DNA of 64,000 nucleotides from the NCBI GenBank assembly GCA_964188305.1, contig OZ076885.1. One strand, written 5' to 3'. Positions 1-12,163 of the stretch are shown in pieces (positions within the stretch are counted from its first letter, which is position 1; each line of letters starts with the position of its first letter). The notes beneath the pieces were generated by a model that saw only the letters and a program-made list of their open reading frames with translations, searched no databases and was not told where the DNA came from. This DNA is from Podarcis bocagei. Taxonomy: Eukaryota. The translations under genes were made by a program, and so were the position numbers.

Positions 1-71
1 TTTTGTAATTATGTATATAGCATTCATGTAAGATTCATAAATAACTAAACAAAAGTACTGTATCTTTAAAG

Positions 72-155
72 TGCCTGAGATAGCTAAGAAAGCTGTTCCT
101 GAAGAAAAAGTGCCTAAGACTGTTCCCAAAAGGAAAGAGCCTTCACCAACTAAAG
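72..155 (+). CDS. TTN: TTN PEVK exon (PPAK type)
   Basis: tatctttaaag|..aaag|gtagat; 84 nt, phase 1-1; VPEIAKKAVPEEKVPKTVPKRKEPSPTK. Confidence 0.9.
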
Positions 156-314
156 GTAGATTCAGTAGTAAGACAGAAAGAATGTTGACATTCCTGTGTT
201 CTCGTCTATGGTGTTATCACTAACGCCTCAGAAGAGAACTTTCAGCAATGTGCACATTATTTTAGAAGTGTGTATTTCTCCAAATAAGCTTGAGTTCATG
301 CTCTATCTTTAAAG

Positions 315-398
315 TGCCTGACATTCCCAAGAGAGCCGTCCCTGAAGAAAAAGTATCCATCACTACCTATGAAGCAGAAGAACCTCCCACAGTAAAAG
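315..398 (+). CDS. TTN: TTN PEVK exon
   Basis: 84 nt AG/GT; VPDIPKRAVPEEKVSITTYEAEEPPTVK. Confidence 0.9.
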
Positions 399-895
399 GT
401 AGATGAAATTTTGAATAGGCAAGAACAAAAAAAAGTATATCTCCGTCAGTGTAGTTGCATGATCAGTGTGCTTAGATCACAGCAGTAAGGCCCTTAGATG
501 TTCCTGGCACAAGTGTATCATAAATCCTATGAAATCTGGAGAAAACATTTTCATTTGGCTTACAAAAATCTGTTGACGATGTTGACAACAGCTGTGATTG
601 GAAGATGTCCTAAATAAAGTGATGGCATTTACTGTATAAAGGAAAAGAGGTATAGCTGACATTAGAAAATGTATTTTATCGGCCAAGCCACTTTATTAAA
701 TTTAAATTGCTCATTATCCCCTTCTTTCCTGCGTAGGAAACCATTAAAATGATATTCTGCCCCTGAAGTATTTAAAATGGAAAAAGAATTTGTTTAGTTA
801 TTCTTTTCTCTGTGTTATTGTTGTCTTGCGTTTAAAGATGTTATAACTATTTTTTAAAAAAAACAACAACTAAGAGAAAACTAATATCTTTAAAG

Positions 896-979
896 CTCCC
901 GCAGTTCATGAGAAAACATTACGGGAAGAAAAAGTTACTTATATTATCTCCAGAGAAAAGGAAGGTGCTACAGTTGAAG
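896..979 (+). CDS. TTN: TTN PEVK exon (divergent)
   Basis: actaatatctttaaag acceptor, 84 nt; APAVHEKTLREEKVTYIISREKEGATVE. Confidence 0.85.
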
Positions 980-1644
980 GTACATCAGAGTTTTATTCAA
1001 TTTGCAAAATAACTAAGCTTGAAAAGCCGGTCAGTCAGTTTAGCAATTTAATTGGCACTGGGAATAGTAAGAGGTGTCTGATTTTGTAGACTTTATAATA
1101 TCAAACACCTTATCATGCTGTGTTTTGCTTAATCAAAATGTCATGATTTTAAATATTATTGTCCACATGTTTTGGCGTGAGGACATATTGCAGTGAGGTA
1201 GCAGGTCTTATGGTCCAATGGTAGGATTCTGGCTCCAGTGCTGAATTTCCTTTGCGAAGCTTCCTATCAATCATTTGACCTCCACAGTCTAAAACAAATG
1301 CACTTGGCCAAACATAGACATAAGGGAAGGAATCTGAGTTGTTAGTATGCAGAGCAGAGCCTGTTGTCACTGTATCAAGAAGAGCATAGTAATTCAGCTG
1401 CTGTGGCAAAAATCACTGTTTCTGCTGTTAGCCATTTCACTTTTAAAAGCCAAAGGAAACAACATAGATGTCAGAGAGCAAATTGTAAATGAGTTGTGCT
1501 TCTTTAGTTCTAGGATTATTCTTTTTTTAACTTCGTTTGTTTTCTTGATCTGCTGGTCTTCACTGTGTGCTATTTATTCCCCCCCCCCAACCTGTCCTTT
1601 GCGTGTCCTTTTGAAACGTCTCAAATATACTAATATCTTTAAAG

Positions 1645-1728
1645 TGCTTGAACTGGAAGAGGAAGCTGTCCCAGAAGAAACGGCTCCCATTGGTGTTCCT
1701 ATAAAACAGAAAGCTCCGCCCATTAAAG
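1645..1728 (+). CDS. TTN: TTN PEVK exon
   Basis: 84 nt; VLELEEEAVPEETAPIGVPIKQKAPPIK. Confidence 0.88.
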
Positions 1729-1870
1729 GTACATACACCACCTCTTCCGCTAACTTCACAAAGCAAGCAGCTACCATTGTATTATCCAGGCCCTTTGTTG
1801 GTCTGCTCCTTTTTGTCTTATGTGTGACATAATTGTATACATACTTAAAAATAAACTAATATCTTTAAAG

Positions 1871-1951
1871 TGCCTCCGGCGGCAAAGAAAGCTGTGCCAG
1901 AGAAGAAGAAACCTACTCCTGTACCTAAAGAAGAAGCCCCGCCCATTAAAG
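1871..1951 (+). CDS. TTN: TTN PEVK exon
   Basis: 81 nt; VPPAAKKAVPEKKKPTPVPKEEAPPIK. Confidence 0.9.
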
Positions 1952-2384
1952 GTAACACACCTCTAGCTACAACTGCAGTGAAATGAGACATTTCGCCATT
2001 TTATTTCCCCACCTGCTATTCTCTTATATAATTCAGTGTTTTGTGCAATGTAGGAGAATTTCTTGCTAATTTCTTGCCAAATTAATGACAAATTATCCCA
2101 TGCAATTTTAGGGGGAATAATTAAATGGGATAAAATCCTGTACTAGAAATCTGAATAGGAATAGGAATATTGCTTTTCATCTAGAATCGCCACTCTTGCA
2201 AAGCAGAGACGAATGCAGAAGGCAATGTTTTGTCACTGTAATTCTATCATGGGAGATACGTGTCAAATTTCTTCCAAGATCTTTGAAATATGTATGTGTG
2301 TGTCCTGTTGTTTTGTCTGTGGTCTGCAATAACCTCTTATTTTAAAATGCCCACATTTCTAAAAAAAGACTAATATCTTTAAAG

Positions 2385-2471
2385 CACCTGAGATTCGAGA
2401 AAAGGCTGTTTCACAAGAAATAATTCCTACTCCATCGGTCTCAAAAGAATTGGAACCTCCGGCAGCTAAAG
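2385..2471 (+). CDS. TTN: TTN PEVK exon
   Basis: 87 nt; APEIREKAVSQEIIPTPSVSKELEPPAAK. Confidence 0.88.
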
Positions 2472-2651
2472 GTACATCAGCAATTCAGTGAAAGTGATAA
2501 TGAATCAAGGCATTTAAATGTGCCATAATAGCTCATTGTCATAAATTTCGGGGTGTTGTGTGCCAACGTCAATAACTGTTTATTTAGTTTGTCTGTTTCT
2601 ATGTGTTTCACAATTTTTTTAATTTCCTGCCACAAACTAATATCTTTAAAG

Positions 2652-2732
2652 TGCCTGTGATACGAAAGAAAGCCATTTCGGAGGAACAAGTAACAGTTCA
2701 AGTATCTAGGAAAGAAGCTACGCGCTATGAAG
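2652..2732 (+). CDS. TTN: TTN PEVK exon (divergent)
   Basis: 81 nt; VPVIRKKAISEEQVTVQVSRKEATRYE. Confidence 0.85.
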
Positions 2733-3097
2733 GTACATAATCCTTGAATTAGAATGTTTTATCTAAAAGTCTTCTAACTTGTCAATGCTTTATGTTACAG
2801 AGCCCAAGCCCAGGTTGTCATGTATACTAAAGGTGTTTATGGCCATTTGATCGGCCATTCACACTCCATTCACATTACTAATTGGATAGACTTTAAGTAA
2901 ATTCATTTTCAAATGCAGCAATAGACACACATGGGGGATTGTTTCAAGGTTTAGATATTATTTAGGCTGCCTTTCATGTGTCTCAGATGTAGCCCAATAA
3001 AAACCATTCTCATAAAGCATTAAGGGAGAAAAATGAAAACTTGGGTGAAAAAGAAAATAGCATAAGATCCAGTTAATGATAGTTCAGTAGCAATGTA

Positions 3098-3147
3098 AAA
3101 AACTTTTTTCAGAACTTAACTGAAAAACTTTTTTCAGAACTTAACTG
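3098..3147. repeat. Perfect 25-bp tandem duplication
   Basis: aaaaacttttttcagaacttaactg x2. Confidence 0.85.
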
Positions 3148-3740
3148 AAGATTGGAATAACAAGAAACCAGAAAGGTGGAACACTTAGATTTTAATTAGA
3201 TTAGACCAACTGGTTTCAGTGGGACCAAACTTTATAACTAGTAAGGCTAACCATAAAAGCATGACTAGTGCTCAGTTGAGGGGTAAGCCTTAACTTGCCT
3301 TGGTAGACATGACCCATGAGAGCAGAAAAATAATCAGAGCCCAGGTGGGGTAAAAAGGAGTTCCAGCAAAAAAATGTTTAGGGACTTATGGAGCGCAGAA
3401 GGGGCATATTTCAGAACCTTTCACTCCTCCACCCCCTTTGCTCTTAACAACAGGCACTCTACTTTATATGTGATTGTAGCAAACCTAGATTTAAGCAAAT
3501 AATTGTGCTGTACTCCTATCTGCTTTCAGCCTGAGCTCTAATTAGCAGAGCAAAAGGTTTGAATTAGTTAACCTTGAAGAGGGCCTGCTTCTGTGACTAA
3601 ATGAAAAGTATAAGTTTATTCCACAATAAATACGGCTGGGCTCTCTGTTTGTTGGTCATAGTCTTTGGTTATGTCTTTTTTGTCCTATGCTTTTTACAAG
3701 TATGATTTTGCATGTCTCAAAGAAAACTAATATCTTTAAG

Positions 3741-3833
3741 ATACAGAAACATTTGAGGAAATGCTTCTAGAAGAAATGGAAGAACGGTATCCTGCCGCCA
3801 TTCCTAGGAAACGTGAGGTTGCACCTCCCAAAG
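3741..3833 (+). CDS. TTN: TTN PEVK exon (E-rich)
   Basis: 93 nt; DTETFEEMLLEEMEERYPAAIPRKREVAPPK. Confidence 0.88.
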
Positions 3834-3978
3834 GTATATTCTCTCTTCGAGGAAAACGTAAAGCTACCAAAGTCACAGAAGTGACATATTTTCATTATTT
3901 CGCTCTTGTTCAGTTTGATGCTACTGTTTGCATTTTGTGGTTTAAAAATTCTTACAAGGGAATTGATTTTATTTAAAG

Positions 3979-5757
3979 TGTCTGAGGTGCCCAGAAAAGG
4001 AGTGGCGGAAGAGAAGATATCCATTGCAAAGCATGAAAAAACAGAATTAGTTTCTGTACATAAAAAAGCAGAACTTACTGAAGTATCTCAGATAACGCAG
4101 CCTCAAGCACCAGAAAGGAAGACAGCTGCTCGTAGACCCACAAAACCAGAATCTATTGCTGTATCAAAGCCAGCAGAGCCTGAGCTGCCAAAACAGAAGC
4201 CACTTGTTGCCAAACCCAGAAAACCACAACCCGTTGTAGAGCCTGAAGTGCAAGAAGAGGAGATAGATATTGCTGAACCTGAGGAACCCATACCTGTTGC
4301 AGTTTATGAGGTAGTCGAACCTCATGTGCCAGAAAAGAAGAAAGTCGTTGCTAAACCTAAAAAACCAGAGCCTGTTGTGATGCTTAAAACAGTAGAGTCA
4401 AAGCAGGAGATAGCTGTTGCCAAACCCAGAAAACCAGAACCTCTTGTGGAGCTTGAAACAGAAGAGCCTGGGGTGCCAGAAAAGAAGCTATTCATTGCTA
4501 AACCTAAAAAAGCAAAACCTGGTGTGGTTCCTAAAACAACAGAGCCTCCAGTGCGAGAAGACCAGATGGCTGTCTCCAGACCTAGGAAATCAGAACCTGT
4601 TGGGTTTCCTCAAACAGTAGAGCCTGAAGTGGAAGAAGAGGAGACAGATATTGCTCAACGCGAGGAACCAAAACCTGTTGTAGTTCTTGAGACGGTAGAA
4701 CCTCATGTATCAAAAAAGAAGGCAGCTGTTGCTAAACCTAAAAAACCAGAACCTATTATGGTGTCTAAAATAGTGGAGCCTCCAGTACCAAAACAGAAGA
4801 TAGCTGTCACTGAACCCAGAAAACCAGGACCTGTTGTGGAGCCTGAACGGGCAGAGCCTGAAGTGCTAGAGGAGCAGATAGTTGTCTCCAAACCCAGAAA
4901 ACCAGAATCCATTGTCATGGCTCAGATGGTACAGCCTGAAGTGGAAGAAGAGGAGATAGATATTGTTGAACTCAAGAAACCAAAACCCACTTCAGTTCTT
5001 GAGGCAGTTGAACTTCATGTGCCAGAAAAGAAAGCAGCTGTTGCTAAACCTAAAAAAACAGAGCCGCTGGTGTCTGAGCCTCCTGCACCAAAACAGAAGA
5101 TAGCTGTCACCAAACCCAGAAAACCACAACCTGCTTTGGTGCCTGACATAGAAGGGCCTGAAGAGGAAGAAAAGAAGGCAACCATTGCTAAACCTAAAAA
5201 AACAGAGCCTTACATCCCAGAAGACAAGATGGCTGTTGCCAAACCCAGAAAACAGGAATTCATTGTCATGCCTCAGATGGCAGAGCATGAGCTGGAAGAA
5301 GAGACAGATATTGTGGAACCTGAGAAACCGAAACCTATTGCTGTTCTTGAGTCAGCAGAACCTCGTGTGCCAGAAATGGAGGTAGCCGCTGCTAAACCTA
5401 AAAAACCAGAACTTATTGCAGTGCCTGAAACAGTAAAGCTTCCAGCGGCAAAACAGAAGATGGCTGTCACCAAACCCAGAGAACCAGAAGTTGCCATGGT
5501 GCTTGAAACAGCAAAGCCTGAGGTGGAAGGAGAAAAGAGAGCAAAATCCAGGGAGCCAGAACCGACAGTGGTGCCTGAAACAGTTTGGCGGCAAGAGCCA
5601 GAGGAAAAGGCAGCTGTTTCCAAACCCAGAAAACCAGAGCCTCCTGTTGTGCTTGAAGCAGCAGAGGCTCAAATACCAGAAGAGACTGTGATGGTTGCTA
5701 AGCCTAAAAAACAAGACCCTTATGCTGTGCCTGCAACAGAGCCTCCACCATTAAAAG
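3979..5757 (+). CDS. TTN: TTN giant PEVK exon 1 (1779 nt, 593 aa, internal tandem repeats)
   Basis: atttaaag|..ttaaaag|gtagac; open frame, phase 1-1; ~26-aa repeats EPxVPEKKxAVAKPKKPEPxxV. Confidence 0.88.
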
Positions 5758-6011
5758 GTAGACGTCATTCCCAAAGGGAAAAGACACTCTTGGCTATAGA
5801 AATGTTTGTCTTGTTTGTGGGAAAGAAATCTTCTTTGTTTCATGTTAGTTTATAAATTTTGTGCAGGCAACTTTTCTTGTCATACGTAAATGTGAATGTT
5901 CCAAATTAATGTCAATGTTTGGTGTCAAGTCTTTATGGCCTTGCTGTTATTTATCTTTATTGTGGCTTCTTCAGTTCGTACAATTAACACAATCTAATAT
6001 CTTTATTGAAG

Positions 6012-6094
6012 TATCTGGTTTATCCAAGAAACCTGTTCTAGACAAGTGCTGACAAAAAGCAAAAAAACAGAAGCTCTGCTGGATAAGAAAGAAA
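6012..6094 (+). pseudogene. Decayed PEVK pseudo-exon
   Basis: ctaatatctttattgaag acceptor, then VSGLSKKPVLDKC* (TGA 6050-6052); shifted frame continues KVLTKSKKTEALLDK; no good donor. Confidence 0.55.
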
Positions 6095-6830
6095 GTAAAA
6101 AAAGAACTTATCTCTTCTTGTTTCCTGATAATCTTGTGTCCCAAAAAGTTCCCATGCTGATTTTTGCAGAAATAGGAATATCATTTGCAGCTGTATTCTT
6201 ACCTTGATGCATAGGCATCCTTCCCTTTATAAACAAATATGACACAATACATCATAAAACATGAGGTCAGATGCCAGGATGAAAGGGGAAATGCTAATTA
6301 TGATAACAATTAATAGTAATAAACATACCCAAACCACTGTCAGGAAGGTAACAGCAGTGGAAGTAATCTTACAAAACAGATATATCAGCAGGTGTTTTGA
6401 AATCTTTCAAATGTTCAGTTGAGTTCAACCATTTCCATCAGCCCATAAAAGATAACTACTTATATATATGAATGAAGGACCTGTATAGAGGGGAATTTTA
6501 ATCGCAGTGCCTTCTTTTCAGTCACTTGAATGATTTGTTCAGATTTGCCACCTGGACAGCTAATATTCAGCAACAATTGACGTTGTGGTGCTTGTTCATA
6601 TGCCAACTATAGATGTTTTGAGAAAAGGTCTATGTCTATACAATGTAAAGGGGAGCCTCTGGCTTTCAATTGAATACCCACCCATGTGATTTTAATGTCA
6701 ATATTGTCCATGTCATTCCATGTCCATGTGTCATGTTCTGTCTGTTGGGACTAAATCTGTTTCACTTCTTCATGCCGTGTTATAAACCATTTTCAGTTCT
6801 TCAAAGTAAAATGTACTAATATCTTTAAAG

Positions 6831-6914
6831 TTCCCGAGATGCCCAAGAAGGCTGTGCCAGAAGAGAAAATGCCTGTTGCAGTGCCTAAAAAACCAGCGCC
6901 TCCACCTGCTAAAG
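6831..6914 (+). CDS. TTN: TTN PEVK exon
   Basis: 84 nt; VPEMPKKAVPEEKMPVAVPKKPAPPPAK. Confidence 0.92.
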
Positions 6915-7276
6915 GTATATACCTCAGTCTTGGTGCCATTCATTCTCACCAAAAGAAAAAAGAAATGGGTTATGGGTTCACTTCCCCCCACCCCCATTTA
7001 TAATTCTGCATTCTTTTCTTCTTCCTCGTCTTCTAAAAACCGACTTCATTTCTTAATTGGAAACGTTCAAATAGGTTTTGGTTACAATTCAGAGAGTTAT
7101 GGATACAAAACCCCATCGATTTCAATGGAACTTGCTTGCCCCCTGAACTGTGACTGCTTAATATTGACCACTAACCTTCCTGATACTCCTCTAAAGGCGC
7201 CTCTTTATTCCTGACACTTTTGCCTACATTTTAACAAACTGAAACGTAACAGAAAATGATGCTATTTCTTTTCAAG

Positions 7277-7351
7277 TGCCTGAGGTACCCACAAAAGTTG
7301 TCCCGGAAAAGAAGGTGCCAGCTGCTGTTCCAGAAGCACCTCCAGCTAAAG
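7277..7351 (+). CDS. TTN: TTN PEVK exon
   Basis: 75 nt; VPEVPTKVVPEKKVPAAVPEAPPAK. Confidence 0.92.
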
Positions 7352-7411
7352 GTAACATCCCCTTTGACAGAAAACAGCAGTGGGTTAGGGCTGGTCCAGG
7401 AGGATAGGCAT

Positions 7412-7804
7412 TGGCCTGGTTTGCATGACATGGTAAGAAGAAACCTCAGCTGCAGCTCATGGTTAGTGAGTAGACCACTTAACAGTGAGTCTGGGCTCCG
7501 GCAATACACTAAACCAGGCCTCCTCAACCTCGGCCCTCCAGATGTTTTGAGACTACAATTCCCATCATCCCTGACCACTGGTCCTGCTAGCTAGGGATCA
7601 TTGGAGTTGTAGGCCAAAAACATCTGGTGGGCTGAGGTTGAGGAAGCCTGCACTAAACTAAACTTTGATTGAGCTCAGCGCAGTGTAATACTAAAAAAGA
7701 CTATGGAGGAGCAAAATGGTTGCAAGCTGGTGATTGAAAGCCTGCACTTTTGCACAATTCTGGTAAGCCATAGCTTAGCTTACTGTGTCACATGAACCAG
7801 GCCA
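7412..7804. mobile_element. Old inverted-repeat element (MITE-like) hosting the 7515-7650 insertion
   Basis: tggcctggtttgcatgacatggtaag vs reverse complement of cttactgtgtcacatgaaccaggcca. Confidence 0.45.
7515..7650. mobile_element. Palindromic hAT-type MITE
   Basis: TIR caggcctcctcaacct..aggttgaggaagcctg; perfect 8-bp TSD CACTAAAC (7507-7514, 7651-7658). Confidence 0.9.
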
Positions 7805-8848
7805 GTGTATATCTTATTATTTTAAATTCATATTACTTTTTTATACTACACATTATCATCTCTAAATGCCATGCGTTCTTCACTTTAGGAGACCATATCA
7901 AGTGTGGTATTTGGATACCAAAGGTGGCAGAAATGTTCTCCTTTAAGCTAATATTATTTATTTGTTTGCTTGTTTGTTTGTAAATTCACAGTCAGCCGTT
8001 AATATCAAAATTTCTAGAACAGGTCACCATAAAAATAAGAAAACAATTTTAAAAGATCAAACAGCAGATAAGACTAGCATCACTAAGACAGTCTCCTCAA
8101 CAGTGAACAGGCAGGTGAAATAAATAGGGTGGCATCAAAAGATATTATGAGAATATATAATTATGGTTTCCGTCAAATTTCAAATTATAAATTATACATT
8201 AAAGATAAAGGATATAAATTGAATATTATTATTTAAATATCCCCATCTACTATAACTTTATTTCATATTATTATATTTCCTTTTTAAATTATTATTGAAA
8301 CTAATTTATTGTAGTGTTGGTTGTTAAATTGCTAACTGCTTAATTATTTACTGTTCTGTTACTGGTTTGTCAATGCTGCGCTTTCTTCCTTACTATTACT
8401 TTCTATTTAAATTATGTATAATTTTAAAAAAAATGTTAATGGTGGTGTTAATAACAATGATGGCAAAAAAGACTGCATGCTAGGTGAGCCTCCCTTGGGA
8501 AATAGTTCCACAAAAAGGCCCCTACCCCAGTCACCGCCCACCTTGTCTCAGAGAGATGGCACATTTCAGATGAGAGCCCTCAAAGACAAAGCCTTGTGTG
8601 TTAGATGATGGCCAGTGCAGTCAAATCTCAGAAGCGGCTGCTGCTGCATTCGATGGGATTTGAACGTAACTGGACCTAGGATTACAGCCTTAAGCTGAGC
8701 AATGTTGTCACTTGTTAATATTCAGTGGGACTTACTTCCTAGTGTGCATTGAGTTTAGACTGCAGCCTCAGTTTGCATTTGTGTCTTAGAAGTTATATTT
8801 ATCGTCCTGCAAAAAGAGTAAGCAAAATCCATACCCTTCCTTTAACAG

Positions 8849-8923
8849 TGCCTGAAGTACCAAAGAAACCTGTTCCAGAAGAGAAAGTTGTGCCTAAAAA
8901 GCCAGAGGTGCCAGCAGCTAAAG
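8849..8923 (+). CDS. TTN: TTN PEVK exon
   Basis: 75 nt; VPEVPKKPVPEEKVVPKKPEVPAAK. Confidence 0.92.
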
Positions 8924-9093
8924 GTGTGTGCATTTCATGAATTCAACAAATAAGATACTCCCATCCCGTCAGTTCCTTACTGTTCCTTTAGTGTCTACAC
9001 TTCATTTCTTTCATACTTCCTTGTCATTATTCTTCACATAGAATACATGGCAGCAACGATAGCACTTCTTAGTCATGTTGTATATATGGTATA

Positions 9094-9289
9094 CAGTAGT
9101 ACCTTGGTTCTCAAACTTAATCAATTCCAGGAGTCCATTTGACTCCCAAAACCGTTCAAAAACCAAAACACAGCTTCCAGTTGGCTGCAGGAGCTTCCTG
9201 CATGCAAGCGGAAGCCGCGTTGGATGTTTGCAGCATTCGGGAGCCGATTTGTTCGACAACTAAGCTATTCGAGAACCAAGGTACTACTG
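9094..9289. mobile_element. Tc1/mariner (Tigger-like) MITE
   Basis: 19-bp perfect TIR cagtagtaccttggttctc / gagaaccaaggtactactg, preceded by TA. Confidence 0.88.
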
Positions 9290-9402
9290 TTTAAGTTCAC
9301 ATTATTGAAGCTATTATGTGTCCACCTGCTACCATTCTGTGACAGGATTAACATATGCTACCTTTGGAATAAATGGCATTAACATAAGCTAATCTTATTC
9401 AG

Positions 9403-9486
9403 TGCCTGAGGTACCAAAAAAACCTGTCCCAGAAGAAAAAGCTCCAGTGGCTGTGCCGAAGAAGCCAGAACCTCCACCTGCCAAAG
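9403..9486 (+). CDS. TTN: TTN PEVK exon
   Basis: 84 nt; VPEVPKKPVPEEKAPVAVPKKPEPPPAK. Confidence 0.92.
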
Positions 9487-9528
9487 GTAGGCCTCATTTT
9501 TAAAGAAAGAATGACAAGTTAGTACTAC

Positions 9529-9646
9529 CAGGGCTTTTTTTCAGCCGGAACTTGCTGGAACTCAGTTCTGGCACCTCTCAGGTGGGCGCCATTGCCATTC
9601 TAAGGAAACAAAGTCTGGCACCTCTTTTTCTAGAAAAATAGCACTG
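9529..9646. mobile_element. Short hAT-like MITE
   Basis: Termini cagggctttttt..aaaaatagcactg; TSD degenerate. Confidence 0.55.
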
Positions 9647-9727
9647 AGAAGTACACATTTTTTCAAACTGAAGTCTGTTGGTGTTAGTATACTGTATATC
9701 TGCAATGCCTAAATGTGTTTGGGTGAG

Positions 9728-9989
9728 CATAAGAAGAGACCAAAAACCCATCTAATCTAGCACATGGCTGTCACAGTGCCCGACTAAATAGATGCTAATG
9801 GGAAGTCTACAAGCAGAACATGGGCACTACAGCACTCTTCTCACTTGCGATTTCCCAGAAACTGGTTTTGAGGAGCATACTGCCCCTACTCTGGAAGTAG
9901 TACACAACCATAATGGCTGGTAGCCACTGGTAGCCTTATTCCCCCATGAACCCCTTTGAAGGCCAACCAATTTGGTGGTCATCACTGCA
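9728..9989 (-). mobile_element. CR1 LINE 3' fragment (degenerate)
   Basis: cataagaagag..ccatctaatctagcac..atggctggtagccactggtagcctta resembles the lizard CR1 3' end in antisense. Confidence 0.6.
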
Positions 9990-10131
9990 TTAAGAACAAC
10001 ATGTCAGAATCATGAACTCAAATGATGGATCTGTGCTGCAATTTAATGTTGGGGTTGTGTGTGTGTGTTTGCAACTGTGTATGTTTCTTAAATGACTTGT
10101 TGTAAAAAATATATATATTAATGTTTTCAAG

Positions 10132-10215
10132 TGCCTGAGGTGCCAAAGAAAGTTGTTCCGGAAAAGAAAGTACCAGCTGAAGTGCCTAAGAAACCGGAAG
10201 CTCCACCTGCTAAAG
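10132..10215 (+). CDS. TTN: TTN PEVK exon
   Basis: 84 nt; VPEVPKKVVPEKKVPAEVPKKPEAPPAK. Confidence 0.93.
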
Positions 10216-10509
10216 GTGTGTATTACTCGTAACGCATGAAACAGCTTTGTTTGCTCTTGGGAGGAATATTTAACCTTTATCAAGGGGAGAGACAGGAAAA
10301 TATCGATTTCCGTCTGTGTGTTTCTACTGTGTTATCCGTAAAGAAAGATAGGAGGCTTACTACTGTACAGCTTAATTGTGTCATACCAGTTCTCTACAGT
10401 TTTGTCCTTATTTTTGAAGTTCTGTGTTTTACGACTTTCATGTGTCCTTAGTATATTCTGCACATTCTTTGATATTCGCATTCTTAAATGAAATTATTTT
10501 CCCTTCAAG

Positions 10510-10593
10510 TTCCGGAAGTACCCAAGAAAGTGGTCCCTGAGGAAAAAGCAAAGGTTCCTGAGCCTAAAAAACCAGAGGCTCCTGCTGTTAAAG
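10510..10593 (+). CDS. TTN: TTN PEVK exon
   Basis: 84 nt; VPEVPKKVVPEEKAKVPEPKKPEAPAVK. Confidence 0.93.
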
Positions 10594-10873
10594 GTACATG
10601 TCATAACCAGAAACGCCACAAAGAACTTCAGATTTGCTTTATAGATGTAACATTAGTTTCCCATAACTGAATATTTATGAAAGTATGTTTAATAGTCTTA
10701 TTTTCCCTCTGAGATGACTTCTCATAATGCAGTCATATGTAATATGTGTCCCACATGTATTTTAGAAAAAAGATAGCCCTTTATGTTGGTTTCCCTTCCC
10801 CTTGTTTGCTCTTGTTAATTACTGGCATACATCACTGAAGCCCAAGACTTAAAACAATTTACTATCTTTGAAG

Positions 10874-10945
10874 TTCCTGAGGTGCCAAAGAAAATCCCAG
10901 AAGAAAAAGTACCCGTGAAAAAGCCTGAACCTCCAGCACCCAAAG
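10874..10945 (+). CDS. TTN: TTN PEVK exon
   Basis: 72 nt; VPEVPKKIPEEKVPVKKPEPPAPK. Confidence 0.92.
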
Positions 10946-11384
10946 GTATATCTTAGCATCTTGGGAATATTTGTATTCATATTGTTTTGCATGTTTAGTT
11001 CTTTCAAATTCGCCACCTCCTCGGATTTCCTTCTACTGTTTTGGTGGCAAACTCAAATCTGTTCACTCGATTCTGTGAACAGATCTAAGGAGTGCTGCTT
11101 GAGTTTCTTGTATAATCTGTTTTTCCTTTGCGTTTTGCTCATCTCTTCTACATTTAGAAAGCTGGTGCATGTTTTAATCTGTTTATTGTTATTTTAGCCT
11201 TTTCAAAAGTCTTAAATTACTGTTGTTAATTCTTCTTATCAATAATTGTATTATCTTTTTTTGTAAACCCCTTTGAGGATTTGTTTTTTATTTTACTTTG
11301 TTTTTACAATCAAGCAGTATATAAAATTTCTCGTGAAAGTAAATAAATAAATCGGACATTAAAACTGACCAATGTCTTTTAAAG

Positions 11385-11453
11385 TGCCAGAAGTTCCCAA
11401 GAAAGTCGTTCCAGAAAAGAAACCGCCTGAACCGGAAGCTCCACCAGCTAAAG
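11385..11453 (+). CDS. TTN: TTN PEVK exon
   Basis: 69 nt; VPEVPKKVVPEKKPPEPEAPPAK. Confidence 0.92.
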
Positions 11454-12091
11454 GTACATGTCAACATTATTGTGGTCACATGGAAGCATCTTCTTATTCT
11501 GATGTGTTTGTTGTACTTTGTGTTTCTTGTTTTCTCTTATGATGTACAACATGTCTTCTTCATGTGAGATATTCAGAAGGCTTTCAGCCTATTTATAAAA
11601 TAATTTCTTTATTAGCTTACTCTTAGCTCCTGGTGAGTGATCTGCCATCCAGGCTGTTAACCTATTTACTTTCAGCAACCCTGGCAGCAGAAATTTACTG
11701 GAAAATAAACTGTGTAGTTCATATACTTAAGGAAAATTCAAATGAGAATGTACCAGGAAGCATCTCCATCCCTTACTAATGCTATGCTCATCTTCCATTG
11801 ATTGTGATAATTTAACAGAAGGACAAAGAAATAGGATGGCAATTAAACTGCCACACTTTATAGAGATCTACATAACTTCTCAGGAAAGGGAAGGAGGACT
11901 CATTTAACAAAACAAAAACAAACTAGGGATATAGCATGAAAATAAAGAAAATATACTGTCTGCATTTGTGGAGAGGAGGAGAAAATTGTATTTGAATATC
12001 GTTTTTGTCACTGTTTTCAAGTTTTGTGTTCATTGTTTTCAAATCTTTTATATCTTTGACAATCACACATTCAAAACTAATATCTTTTAAG

Positions 12092-12163
12092 TGCCTGAAG
12101 TGCCCAAGAAAATTGTCCCAGAAGAAAAAGTACCAAAGAAACCAGAACCTCCCCCTGCTAAAG
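12092..12163 (+). CDS. TTN: TTN PEVK exon
   Basis: 72 nt; VPEVPKKIVPEEKVPKKPEPPPAK. Confidence 0.92.
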
